Assembly: GCA_045542335.1 (NCBI GenBank) | Contig: JAZQKV010000017.1 | Coordinates: forward strand, 12,169-76,168 | Direction of reading: 5' to 3' | DNA from: Eubacteriales bacterium | Lineage (GTDB): Bacteria; Bacillota; Clostridia; Oscillospirales; CAG-382 | Length of the DNA: 64,000 nt | Shown here: positions 10,045 through 18,459 of the stretch, piece by piece | How positions within the stretch are numbered: position 1 is the stretch's first letter | Layout of the letters: each line of letters begins with the position of its first letter | Position numbers and translations under genes: made by a program | Notes under the pieces: generated by a model | Seen by the model: only the letters and a program-made list of their open reading frames with translations | What the model was told of the DNA's origin: nothing | Database searches by the model: none

Positions 10045-10194
10045 TGCTCCTCCTTGTCTGACTTGGGGCGACGGTAGTGTGATTTTTGTCAAAATAAAAA
10101 GTGTAGTTTTATAAATTCAAACTAAACTCAATGAATAAATACAAATTGGTGCGAATTACGTTAATGTCGCAATCGCACCATTGTAATTACATTT

Positions 10195-11055
10195 TTATTT
10201 TTGCTCGGTGAAATATGCAAGAGCCGTTCCTACAACTGTTGCATAACGTGCATTTTCGGGGAAAATCATGTTCATGCCGAACATCTCTGAAAGCTTTTTG
10301 AAAACTACCTCGGATTGGGGAATTGTCGTCAGGTTTCCTGTGAGAATAACGTCCTTGACACCAACTCTGTGAGCCGCAAAAACGCTGAGCATTCCAACAG
10401 ATTCAAAAACCATATTCAGAATACCAAGGGCAATGTCGCCTCTGTGGGCAACGTCGCTGAGCTTTCCGAAGTTTGCCGCAGTGGTTTCGAAGCCAAGACC
10501 GGGAATGTCCTTTGAGGTGATGTCAGAAACCATGAGGTCAACATTTGAAAGGTTTCCGTCCCTGGCAAGCTCAACAATGTTTTCAACGTGGGAAACGCCG
10601 AGCATTTTTTTTGACATACCGACAATTGTTCCACCGCCGACACCCGTTCCGCCAAGATATTCAACCTTTGCATCATATCCGTTTCCAAGGCTTTTGGCAT
10701 GAACTGTTGCTGTTCCTGTTCCCATGCTCACAACAACGGCATCACGAAGCCCCGAAAGATAGAGTCCGCCAAGACCAACGCAGGTGAATTCGGTTACATG
10801 GCGTGTGGGTATGCCGAAAATGTCATCTCCGATATAAGATGAACCGACACCTGTCATCATGACCGTTTCAACATCCGAAATTGCAATATTGTTTTCCGAG
10901 GTGAACTTTCCGAATGCACCATAGACCGATGCAACAGGGTCGCCTGCTTTGACGAACATCGGACTTATCATTTTCATTCCGTCGGTGTAAAAGCCAACGA
11001 TTTTTGTTGTGCTGCCACCAACGTCAATTCCTATGATTATTTTCAAAATCTGCAC
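10195..11055 (-). CDS. coaW: Type II pantothenate kinase (CoaW-like, ASKHA fold)
   Basis: Blocks GIDVGGSTTKIV, MGTGTA, GGTGVGGGTIVGM, NVDLMVSDI and TTAANFG align by eye with the staphylococcal CoaW motifs GIDAGGTLIKIV, VGTGTS, GGIGTGGGMIQGL, IDLKVRHIY and LTAANFG. Confidence 0.7.
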   Translation of the reverse strand: MQILKIIIGIDVGGSTTKIVGFYTDGMKMISPMFVKAGDPVASVYGAFGKFTSENNIAISDVETVMMTGVGSSYIGDDIFGIPTRHVTEFTCVGLGGLYLSGLRDAVVVSMGTGTATVHAKSLGNGYDAKVEYLGGTGVGGGTIVGMSKKMLGVSHVENIVELARDGNLSNVDLMVSDITSKDIPGLGFETTAANFGKLSDVAHRGDIALGILNMVFESVGMLSVFAAHRVGVKDVILTGNLTTIPQSEVVFKKLSEMFGMNMIFPENARYATVVGTALAYFTEQK

Positions 11056-11081
11056 GTCCTTTCGACGGTGTAATTTTTTGA

Positions 11082-11684
11082 TTATATACGCTTGTCAACT
11101 GCTTTGATAATTCTGTGGATTGCAGGGGAAAGGAGAGTGTTGACAAGAAATTCGGCGACAAAGTTTAAGCCTGCACAGCCGATGAAAACAAAGTAAACAA
11201 GTGTTGTGCCCTCTGCCACACCGAAGTTTGCAAGGTTTGCGTTGAGCGTTTCCGAAACGAGGAAGAAGCAGCCGAGAACAAAAAGACCGGTGTTTACAAT
11301 AGGTGCGCTGAGCGCAGCAACAACGGATGCGGCAAAATCGTTGACATTTTTAAGGGCTTTATAGATTACGCCGGGAACAAAACCTGCAAGGATTCCCTTG
11401 CCAAGGCAAATCACAGCAGTTGCGAAGGGTTGTGCATTAAAGAGCGTTGCAGTGAAGAAATCTCCGCCGGAAATTCCGCCCCAAAGGGTGATTGCACCGA
11501 AAATGAATCCGAGGAATGCACCTGCACCGGGACCGCAGAGCATTGCGCCGATTGCGATGGGGACAAGAACAAGGCTGAAGCTTGTGGGACCGATTTTTAT
11601 GGTTATGCCCCAGAATTGAAGCACGAAAACAAGTGCGGTGAGAATTGCAAGTCTTGTAAGCGCAGAAACGTTACTCTTTTTCAT
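11082..11684 (-). CDS. ECF transporter S component (substrate-capture subunit), possibly pantothenate-specific
   Basis: A 200-aa, roughly 6-TM protein with Gly-rich TM segments typical of ECF S components. It lies immediately upstream of coaW on the same strand, and the substrate assignment rests only on that adjacency. Confidence 0.55.
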   Translation of the reverse strand: MKKSNVSALTRLAILTALVFVLQFWGITIKIGPTSFSLVLVPIAIGAMLCGPGAGAFLGFIFGAITLWGGISGGDFFTATLFNAQPFATAVICLGKGILAGFVPGVIYKALKNVNDFAASVVAALSAPIVNTGLFVLGCFFLVSETLNANLANFGVAEGTTLVYFVFIGCAGLNFVAEFLVNTLLSPAIHRIIKAVDKRI

Positions 11685-11889
11685 TTTTTAAATCCTTTCG
11701 AGCAAAATAAAATTTTAGAATAATACTAAAAAGGGAAGACTTTGTGAAGACTCCCATGTGAAGTATGGATATTTTATCATAAAATGGGTGAAACGTCAAG
11801 ATTTACGCACGAAATTTGTTAATTCTTAACACAATTTGCTTCTCATAGAAAAAATCATTTGTAACAAATGTAAATTCTTAAAAAAACAC

Positions 11890-11918
11890 TTGACTTTTTG
11901 GCTTGTTTGTGTTATACT
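11890..11918 (+). promoter_or_regulatory. Sigma-A promoter of tRNA-Lys
   Basis: TTGACT-N17-TATACT ends about 20 nt before the mature tRNA 5' end. Confidence 0.6.
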
Positions 11919-11938
11919 AATGGGCGTGAATATTGAAC

Positions 11939-12014
11939 GCCCCTGTAGCTCAGTAGGTAGAGCACTTGACTTTTAAGCAAGTTGTCCGGAGTTCGACTCT
12001 CCGCAGGAGCACCA
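11939..12014 (+). tRNA. tRNA-Lys (anticodon UUU), CCA encoded
   Basis: A 76-nt cloverleaf: acceptor gcccctg/caggagc (one C:A mismatch), D-arm tagctcagtaggtagagc, anticodon loop cTTTTaa and T-arm cggag-ttcgact-ctccg, ending in acca. Confidence 0.85.
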
Positions 12015-12015
12015 G

Positions 12016-12050
12016 AAAAAGACCTTAACTTTGAGTTGAGGTCTTTTTTT
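12016..12050 (+). terminator. Intrinsic terminator after tRNA-Lys
   Basis: Stem agacct/aggtct with flanking A and T runs, followed by ttttttt. Confidence 0.7.
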
Positions 12051-12175
12051 GATGAATTGAATTCTTTTCGGTATTTGTGGAATTCAAATTGGGGAGTAAA
12101 ATGTGCCTTTGGCGTGTTAAGTACCTGTGGGTGTGAGCAAATTTATATTGGTTTGTGTTTATAAAACTTCAAACT

Positions 12176-12670
12176 TTATAGTTTTATTCCGGTTAAAAAA
12201 GCATCCGCCTCGGCACGGGTTGAAAATATATAAATATCTTTTTGAGAGTATTTTTTTAAAAGCTCCATTACTTTTGGTCTGCTTTGCGAATTGTAGTTTT
12301 TTATAAAAGAGATAAATTCCTCATCATCTTCATCGGGCTCTGTCCACGGCATATCGCTTCTCGGTTTTCCTTTTCTTTCTCTGATGCCGCTCAGGCAAAC
12401 ATCTGTCGGATAGTCAAGAAAAATAACCGTGTCGCACGCTCTCATTCTTAACTCCATTGTTGAACTGTAATTGCCGTCAATTATCCACTTGTCATTTTGA
12501 ATTACCCTTGACAACCTGTTAAGAAAAACCTCTTTTTCAACGGTTGTTTTATCTTCGTTCCAATACATCATGTCAAGATGAAACAGCGGAATGCCCGTGA
12601 TTCTATGCAATGCTTTTGAAAATGTACTCTTTCCGCTTCCCGGGCAACCGATTACTATAACTTTCTCCAT
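12176..12670 (-). CDS. P-loop NTPase, topology-modulation/adenylate-kinase-like
   Basis: 164 aa with Walker A GCPGSGKST at the N-terminus. Its size and layout match the small FlaR-like AAA/kinase proteins. Confidence 0.6.
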   Translation of the reverse strand: MEKVIVIGCPGSGKSTFSKALHRITGIPLFHLDMMYWNEDKTTVEKEVFLNRLSRVIQNDKWIIDGNYSSTMELRMRACDTVIFLDYPTDVCLSGIRERKGKPRSDMPWTEPDEDDEEFISFIKNYNSQSRPKVMELLKKYSQKDIYIFSTRAEADAFLTGIKL

Positions 12671-12719
12671 GCCAACTCACCTGTAAACCCTTTTTGAAAC
12701 CTTTTTATCAGTCACCTTT

Positions 12720-12748
12720 ATCATAGCACAAAAAAGTGAATATTTCAA
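12720..12748 (-). promoter_or_regulatory. Sigma-A promoter of the P-loop NTPase gene (copy 1 of a duplicated promoter block)
   Basis: The minus strand reads TTGAAA-N17-TATGAT. Its -35 and spacer lie inside the 29-nt block 12727-12755, which is repeated exactly at 13668-13696. Confidence 0.55.
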
Positions 12749-12814
12749 TTCCCCTGAACATAACAAGAGCGGAGATTTTTCTCCACTCTTGTCTGTACGA
12801 CAATTTGATATTTG

Positions 12815-13579
12815 TTATCTCTTCTTGTATATAATCAACTCCGGGTTTGCACCGCCTTCTTCGTAAGTACATACAAGCAAAAACTCCATATTTGCGACAA
12901 TTCCAAAACACCGCTCGCCGCCGAACTCACATTCCAGTTGATTTCCAAGATACGTTGCGTTGTCATCAAGAAATTTTACGGTTTTACCGTTTGGGAGACG
13001 GTATTCAAGATTGATGTATCCTCCGACAAGCGCATAAAGCTTTTCAACCTTGGGCATTCCTTCGATGTTCAGACTATTAAACTCATTGATAAGCTGTTGC
13101 TTGAATTCTTCAAACTTTCCCGGGTCACCGAGGTATTTATACTGCCTCCAATAATCGAGCTTCGGGAGCATTTCCTTCATATATGTGCGTGCCTGATCAG
13201 AAGAAAAGTGTTCGCTTGTCATGTTTTTTACGCAGACTTCAATCAAATCATCCATATTATGATACATATACTCACCGTCAGCATAACACCATTTACAGTA
13301 TTCTTCATTGAAGAAACCGTCTGTTTCACGGCTCGTATTGGAATCTTCAAGGGGCATACCGCAGCATTGACAAATAAGTTGCCTCGGTGAGCCGAGAAGA
13401 GTGTTGATTGAAACGTCAAACAGCTTTGACAATAGTTTTAAGGTCTCGGTATCGGGGATGGTTTTTCCGTTTTCCCAACGTGAAACAGCCTGACGGGTTA
13501 CAAATACCTTTTCCGCCAACTCACCCTGTGACAGACCTTTTTTTGTTCTGAGTTCAAAAATAATATTTTTTGTATCCAT
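12815..13579 (-). CDS. XRE-family HTH transcriptional regulator with a zinc-ribbon and an unknown C-terminal domain
   Basis: Has an N-terminal HTH_3 pattern (LRTKKGLSQGELAEKVFVTRQAVSRWENGKTIPDTETLKLLSKLFDVSINTLLG) followed by CQCCGMPL...YCKWCY (4-Cys ribbon). Confidence 0.75.
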   Translation of the reverse strand: MDTKNIIFELRTKKGLSQGELAEKVFVTRQAVSRWENGKTIPDTETLKLLSKLFDVSINTLLGSPRQLICQCCGMPLEDSNTSRETDGFFNEEYCKWCYADGEYMYHNMDDLIEVCVKNMTSEHFSSDQARTYMKEMLPKLDYWRQYKYLGDPGKFEEFKQQLINEFNSLNIEGMPKVEKLYALVGGYINLEYRLPNGKTVKFLDDNATYLGNQLECEFGGERCFGIVANMEFLLVCTYEEGGANPELIIYKKR

Positions 13580-13660
13580 ATTTTATCACCTCGCAACGAT
13601 TATATCGCAGGGATTAAAATTTGTCAAGAAACTTGCTGTTGCTACCTGTTTCTTTGTCCG

Positions 13661-13689
13661 ATTATACCACAAAAAAGTGAATATTTCAA
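13661..13689 (-). promoter_or_regulatory. Sigma-A promoter of the XRE regulator gene (copy 2 of the duplicated block)
   Basis: The minus strand reads TTGAAA-N17-TATAAT. Its -35 and spacer sequence are identical to the promoter at 12720-12748. Confidence 0.55.
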
Positions 13690-13769
13690 TTCCCCTTGAA
13701 ACGTTCATAACTTTGTGGTAAAATAACAGGGTACAAATGTGCTGCGCACACGAAAGGAGGAATCTGTAT

Positions 13770-15800
13770 ATGTCCGAAAAATATGTTAATCTTGGTCAAA
13801 AGCCGCTTCCCATATTTCCGGAAGAACTTCCCGAGGGAATCGACCGCCCGGATTTTGTCTACGTCAGCGGAGATGCTTATGTCGACCACCCATCCTTTGG
13901 CACGGCTCTTATCGGACGTGTTCTTGAGGCGGCAGGGTTCACTGTGGGAATTATTCCCCAACCCGAATGGAAAACTGCCTTTAAAAAGGACAGCGGTATG
14001 GGCGTTTGCAGGTTCGGAAAGCCAAGACTTGCTTTTCTTGTGAGCGCAGGAAACCTTGACTCAATGGTCGCACATTATACAGCTTCCAAAAAACGCCGTG
14101 GCGAGGACTATTATTCCCCCGGAGGCAGGGCGGGTATGCGACCCGACAGAGCCGTTATTGTGTATTGCAACAGAATCCGTGAGGCTTATGGCGATGTTCC
14201 CATTATTATCGGCGGTCTTGAAGCTTCTCTCAGACGTTTTGCCCATTATGACTATTGGGATGATAAGGTGCGGCGCAGTATCCTTATTGATTCGGGTGCG
14301 GATATTTTGAGTTATGGCATGGGTGAGCATACGCTTGTTGCTCTTGCGAAGCTCCTTGATAAAGGTGTTCCCATAAAGAAAATCAAGGATGTTGCAGGAA
14401 CTGTTGTCACAGCACCTCTTGATTATACGCCGAAGGGTGAATATGCTGAAACTTTTGATTATGACACCCTCAAAACCGACAAGGCAGCCTATGCAAAGGC
14501 ATTTATGACACAGTACAGCAACACCGACTCACACGGAAAAGCGGTGCTTGAACGTTATGACAATTGCGTTGTTGTTCAGAATCCTCCGGCACCCATTCTT
14601 ACGCGTTCCGAGCTTGATAAGATTTACAGCCTGCCTTTTACACGCAGATGGCATCCTTATTACGACAAATTCGGCGGCGTGCCTGCCATAACCGAGGTTG
14701 AGTTTTCAATCACACACAACAGGGGTTGCTTTGGCGGTTGCGCATTTTGCGCAATTGCATATCATCAGGGACGCAATGTTTCCTCCCGAAGCCGTGAATC
14801 CGTCCTTGCGGAGGCAAAGCTGCTTACCACACTTCCCGGCTTTAAAGGCTACATACATGATGTTGGAGGACCGACGGCGAATTTCCGATACGGACCTTGC
14901 AAGGATGTTCGAGAGGGCAAGAGGGGAGTTTGTGAAAAGCGCAGATGTTTGTCACCAAAGCCCTGCAAGAATCTTATTTGCGACCATTCTGAATATACCG
15001 AGCTTCTTCGTGATATGGCGAAAATTGACCGTGTTAAAAAGGTGTTTGTGCGTTCGGGCGTTCGGTTTGACTATCTCATTGCGGACAAGCAACACGGAAA
15101 CGAATTTTTAGGTGAGCTTGTGAGAAATCACGTCAGCGGTCAGCTTAAGGTTGCCCCCGAACACATTTCCCCAAAAGTTCTCAAGTATATGGGTAAACCC
15201 GAGGTTTCGGTGTACAATGAGTTTTGTTCACGCTACTTTGGCGAAACAAAAAAGGCAGGACTTGAACAGTATCTTGTGCCGTATCTTATGTCCTCACACC
15301 CGGGAAGCACGCTGAACGAGGCACTTGACCTTGCTCTGTATCTCAAAAAGAATGGTGTACGTCCCGAGCAGGTGCAGGATTTTTATCCCACACCGGGTAC
15401 TGCTTCAACCACCATGTATTACACGGGTATTGACCCTTTTACAGGCGAGAATGTGTATGTCCCTAAGAGCTATGAGGAAAAGAAGATACAGCGTGCGCTT
15501 CTGCAGTACAATCGCCGTGAAAACGCTGAGCTTGTGAGAAAAGCCATTGCCGAAACAGGAAGACGGGATGCAAATGTTCTTTTAGGATATGTTCCCGGAA
15601 AGGAAAAAATGGTTGACGGACGTAAAAACGCAAAGCTTTCCGGTGCAAGTGCGCACAAGAACTCCGCAGGCAAATCCACTTCCGGACAAAGAGCAAAATC
15701 CGGCACAAGGAAAGCACCATCACGGCAGTTTGTTGAGTCCGACAAGAGGGGAAATGGCGGAAATCATGGAGCCGTCGCAAAGAGAAACAAAAAGAGATAA
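13770..15800 (+). CDS. YgiQ-family (UPF0313) radical SAM protein
   Basis: N-terminus ...PDFVYVSGDAYVDHPSFGTALIGRVLEAAGF, radical SAM cluster CFGGCAFC and a Lys/Arg-rich C-terminal tail. The start is at MSEKY behind a GAAAGGAGG RBS. Confidence 0.85.
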   Translation: MSEKYVNLGQKPLPIFPEELPEGIDRPDFVYVSGDAYVDHPSFGTALIGRVLEAAGFTVGIIPQPEWKTAFKKDSGMGVCRFGKPRLAFLVSAGNLDSMVAHYTASKKRRGEDYYSPGGRAGMRPDRAVIVYCNRIREAYGDVPIIIGGLEASLRRFAHYDYWDDKVRRSILIDSGADILSYGMGEHTLVALAKLLDKGVPIKKIKDVAGTVVTAPLDYTPKGEYAETFDYDTLKTDKAAYAKAFMTQYSNTDSHGKAVLERYDNCVVVQNPPAPILTRSELDKIYSLPFTRRWHPYYDKFGGVPAITEVEFSITHNRGCFGGCAFCAIAYHQGRNVSSRSRESVLAEAKLLTTLPGFKGYIHDVGGPTANFRYGPCKDVREGKRGVCEKRRCLSPKPCKNLICDHSEYTELLRDMAKIDRVKKVFVRSGVRFDYLIADKQHGNEFLGELVRNHVSGQLKVAPEHISPKVLKYMGKPEVSVYNEFCSRYFGETKKAGLEQYLVPYLMSSHPGSTLNEALDLALYLKKNGVRPEQVQDFYPTPGTASTTMYYTGIDPFTGENVYVPKSYEEKKIQRALLQYNRRENAELVRKAIAETGRRDANVLLGYVPGKEKMVDGRKNAKLSGASAHKNSAGKSTSGQRAKSGTRKAPSRQFVESDKRGNGGNHGAVAKRNKKR

Positions 15801-15806
15801 ATGCAA

Positions 15807-15848
15807 GCCCGACACAGGTTTAAAACTTGTGTCGGGCAATTCTTTTGC
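15807..15848. terminator. Hairpin between convergent ygiQ-like gene and metK
   Basis: Stem gcccgacaca / tgtgtcgggc with a T-rich 3' flank on the plus strand (aattctttt). Confidence 0.5.
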
Positions 15849-15866
15849 ATACAATATCAAAGAAAA

Positions 15867-17045
15867 TTATTTAAGAGCATCAACAAGCTTGTCTTTCATA
15901 TCGGTTGTTTCCCATGTAACGCCGAGATCTTCACGACCCATGTGACCGTAAGAAGCAAGTCTCTTGTAGATAGGACGGCGAAGTGCGAGCTTTTCGATGA
16001 TAGCCGCAGGACGAAGGTCAAACACCTTTGCAACAGCCTCTGCGATCTTTACGTCGTCATACTTGCCTGTGCCGAATGTGTTTACAAGAACGGAAACGGG
16101 GTTTGCAACGCCGATAGCATATGCAATCTGAACCTCACACTTGTCTGCGATGCCTGCAGCAACAATATTCTTCGCAACGTATCTTGCCGCATATGCGCCG
16201 CTTCTGTCAACCTTTGTGGGGTCTTTTCCGGAGAATGCGCCGCCGCCATGACGTGCATATCCGCCGTAGGTGTCAACGATAATCTTGCGTCCTGTGAGAC
16301 CGCTGTCGCCGTTGGGGCCGCCCACAACAAATCTGCCTGTGGGGTTAACAAGGATTCGGGTATTCTCGTCCATGAGGTCTTCGGGCATTGTGGGAAGAAT
16401 TACAAGGTTTGTTATATCGTTTGTGATAGTGGAGAGAGGGATTCTGTCGGAGTGCTGTGTGGAAACAACAATTGTGTGGATTCTCACGGGCTTGTCGTCT
16501 TCATATTCAACAGTAACCTGTGTTTTTCCGTCGGGACGGAGATACTTGAGTGTGCCATCCTTTCTAACCTCGGTGAGCTTTTTTGAAAGAGCGTGTGCGA
16601 GGGAAATGGGAAGCGGCATAAGCTCGGGAGTTTCGTTGCACGCATAGCCGAACATCATACCCTGGTCGCCTGCACCGATGTCAAGCTTACCTGCCTTTTC
16701 GCCGTTCTTTGCTTCAAGCGACTTATCTACGCCTGCGGCGATGTCAGGGGACTGACCGTGGATGGAGCTTACAACCGAGCAGGTGTCGCAGTCAAAGCCG
16801 AACTTTGCTCTGTCGTAACCGATTTCTCTTATTGTTTCACGGGCGATTTTCTGAACGTCGGGAGTGTACTTGGAGGAGATTTCGCCCATAACAAGCACAA
16901 GACCTGTTGTTACTGCAACCTCGCAGGCAACTCTTGCATTGGGGTCTTCTGTAAGAATGGCGTCAAGGACAGCATCGGAAATGTTGTCGCAAATTTTGTC
17001 GGGATGTCCTTCTGTAACGGATTCGGATGTGAAAAGCTTTCTCAT
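15867..17045 (-). CDS. metK: S-adenosylmethionine synthetase
   Basis: [31 protein letters not shown]... and [10 protein letters not shown] and GGGAFSGKD motifs. The start is set at MRKLF (the track ORF extends upstream to 17168). Confidence 0.95.
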   Translation of the reverse strand: MRKLFTSESVTEGHPDKICDNISDAVLDAILTEDPNARVACEVAVTTGLVLVMGEISSKYTPDVQKIARETIREIGYDRAKFGFDCDTCSVVSSIHGQSPDIAAGVDKSLEAKNGEKAGKLDIGAGDQGMMFGYACNETPELMPLPISLAHALSKKLTEVRKDGTLKYLRPDGKTQVTVEYEDDKPVRIHTIVVSTQHSDRIPLSTITNDITNLVILPTMPEDLMDENTRILVNPTGRFVVGGPNGDSGLTGRKIIVDTYGGYARHGGGAFSGKDPTKVDRSGAYAARYVAKNIVAAGIADKCEVQIAYAIGVANPVSVLVNTFGTGKYDDVKIAEAVAKVFDLRPAAIIEKLALRRPIYKRLASYGHMGREDLGVTWETTDMKDKLVDALK

Positions 17046-17257
17046 TTTTGTTACCGTTCCTTTCGTTTTATTAAACATAGTTATATGCCTTTTTCGTTTG
17101 TCTGCGGCACAAAGGCTTTGCCGCTTGTTTTCCACGTATATAATATCATGCTTCTCCCTTTTCTTCAACAGAGATGTATAAATTATTTATGAAGAATTTG
17201 ACGAAAAATGTAAACTCGCCCCCTTTTTCACTTTTTTACGTTGATTTATGGTAAGTG

Positions 17258-17286
17258 TTGACTTTTGGGATGAGGTGTGATATAAT
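17258..17286 (+). promoter_or_regulatory. Sigma-A promoter upstream of the HAD hydrolase gene
   Basis: TTGACT-N17-TATAAT lies about 110 nt upstream of the ATG at 17398. Confidence 0.55.
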
Positions 17287-17397
17287 TGAAACGCAGATAT
17301 GTGACAACAGATCTGAAAAGAATGGATGCAACTCGAAAAAATTGAAATATGAGCAAGTCAAAGCGGAATCAAACAAAATGTGTAAGGAGACAAAACT

Positions 17398-18066
17398 ATG
17401 ATAAACTCAATCAAAGGCGCAATTTTTGATTTGGACGGAACGCTTATAAATTCCCTTATAATCTGGGACGTGATGTGGGAAAAATTCGGGCAGATGTTCC
17501 TCGGAAAGCAAGGCTTCCGACCGGCGCAAAAGGACGATAAGGCAATACGCACAATGACACTTGTTGAAGCGACGGAATATATAAACGGCATATATCATTT
17601 CTGCGATGAAAGCGACAAGGTCCTTAAAGCTGCGGACAAAATCATAGAGGATTTTTATGCAAATGAGGTTGAGGTAAAGGACGGAGTAAAGGAGTTTCTT
17701 GAAACACTTTTGCAAAAGGGCGTAAAAATGTGTGTTGCATCGGCGACGGATCTGAGACTTGTGAAAATTGCAATTGAACATTGCGGACTGGGTAAGTATT
17801 TTTCAGACGTGCTTTCCTGTGCGGATATAGGCAAAGGCAAGGATAAACCCGACATATATCTTATTGCCATGCAAAAGCTCGGCACAGCCCTTGAAGAAAC
17901 CTGTGTTTTTGAGGATTCTCATGTTGCAATTGAAACAGCACACTCAATCGGCATGAAAACCGTTGGCATTTATGACGATTATAATTACGGTCAGGACGAG
18001 ATTAAAAAGACAGCGAATGTTTATATCGCCAAGGGCGAAACTCTCCTTAAACTTTTTGACAAATAA
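17398..18066 (+). CDS. HAD-superfamily hydrolase (beta-phosphoglucomutase/phosphatase-like)
   Basis: Has the DxDxT motif in IFDLDGTLINS, later SATD, and a GKGKDKPD...FEDS motif set. Confidence 0.8.
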   Translation: MINSIKGAIFDLDGTLINSLIIWDVMWEKFGQMFLGKQGFRPAQKDDKAIRTMTLVEATEYINGIYHFCDESDKVLKAADKIIEDFYANEVEVKDGVKEFLETLLQKGVKMCVASATDLRLVKIAIEHCGLGKYFSDVLSCADIGKGKDKPDIYLIAMQKLGTALEETCVFEDSHVAIETAHSIGMKTVGIYDDYNYGQDEIKKTANVYIAKGETLLKLFDK

Positions 18067-18372
18067 AGAAAAATTTTTGGCTTCGGGGCGAGCATTTGCA
18101 TGCTTGTCCCGATTTTGTTTGATTTGATAAAACTGAGTTTTTGTTGTGGGGAGGTTTTACACGCAACTTTTTTGCGTTTTTTGCGCCAAAAAATGGCAGG
18201 CAATGTGTGTTTTAAATGGAAACTGTCAGTTGTAACAAAGTTTTTGTCACCTGTTTGTATAAATAGCACAAAAACCAAAAAAATTACGTTTAAACATCAA
18301 AAATTTGGGACTAAACCGCAATTTTTAGGCTGTAAACCGCCATTTTCTTTACGATGTGAAAAAATCTTTCTG

Positions 18373-18401
18373 TTGACTTTTGCGGTGGTTTGATGTAAAA
18401 T
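18373..18401 (+). promoter_or_regulatory. Sigma-A promoter of the first giant SLH/beta-helix gene
   Basis: TTGACT-N17-TAAAAT lies about 60 nt upstream of the ATG at 18460. Confidence 0.55.
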
Positions 18402-18459
18402 AGTAGCGTAGGGGATTATTGATGAATATTCCCACAAAAATATATTTCAGGAGGAAATC

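Noticed and set aside
11939-13700. tRNA-Lys-associated genomic island or integrated element.
   Set aside because: There is no integrase, no excisionase, and no direct repeat of the tRNA 3' end downstream that I could find. Only two small genes lie between the tRNA and the conserved ygiQ-metK region. The duplicated promoter block is reported separately.
17046-17360. S-box (SAM-I) riboswitch expected upstream of metK.
   Set aside because: I read the minus-strand leader. A plausible promoter (TTGAAG-N17-TATTAT) leaves only about 100 nt of leader, and I could not find the conserved SAM-I core strings (AGAGGGNGGAGGGA..GGCCC, GCAACC, GUGCCAA.UCC). An Infernal scan would be needed to exclude other SAM riboswitch classes.
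18100-18393. 97-aa ORF in the spacer upstream of the first giant gene, and a 73-aa ORF at 3623-3844.
   Set aside because: Neither has an RBS, and both have a hydrophobic/low-complexity composition. The first spans the predicted terminator and promoter, and the second overlaps the well-supported TSCPD gene in another frame.
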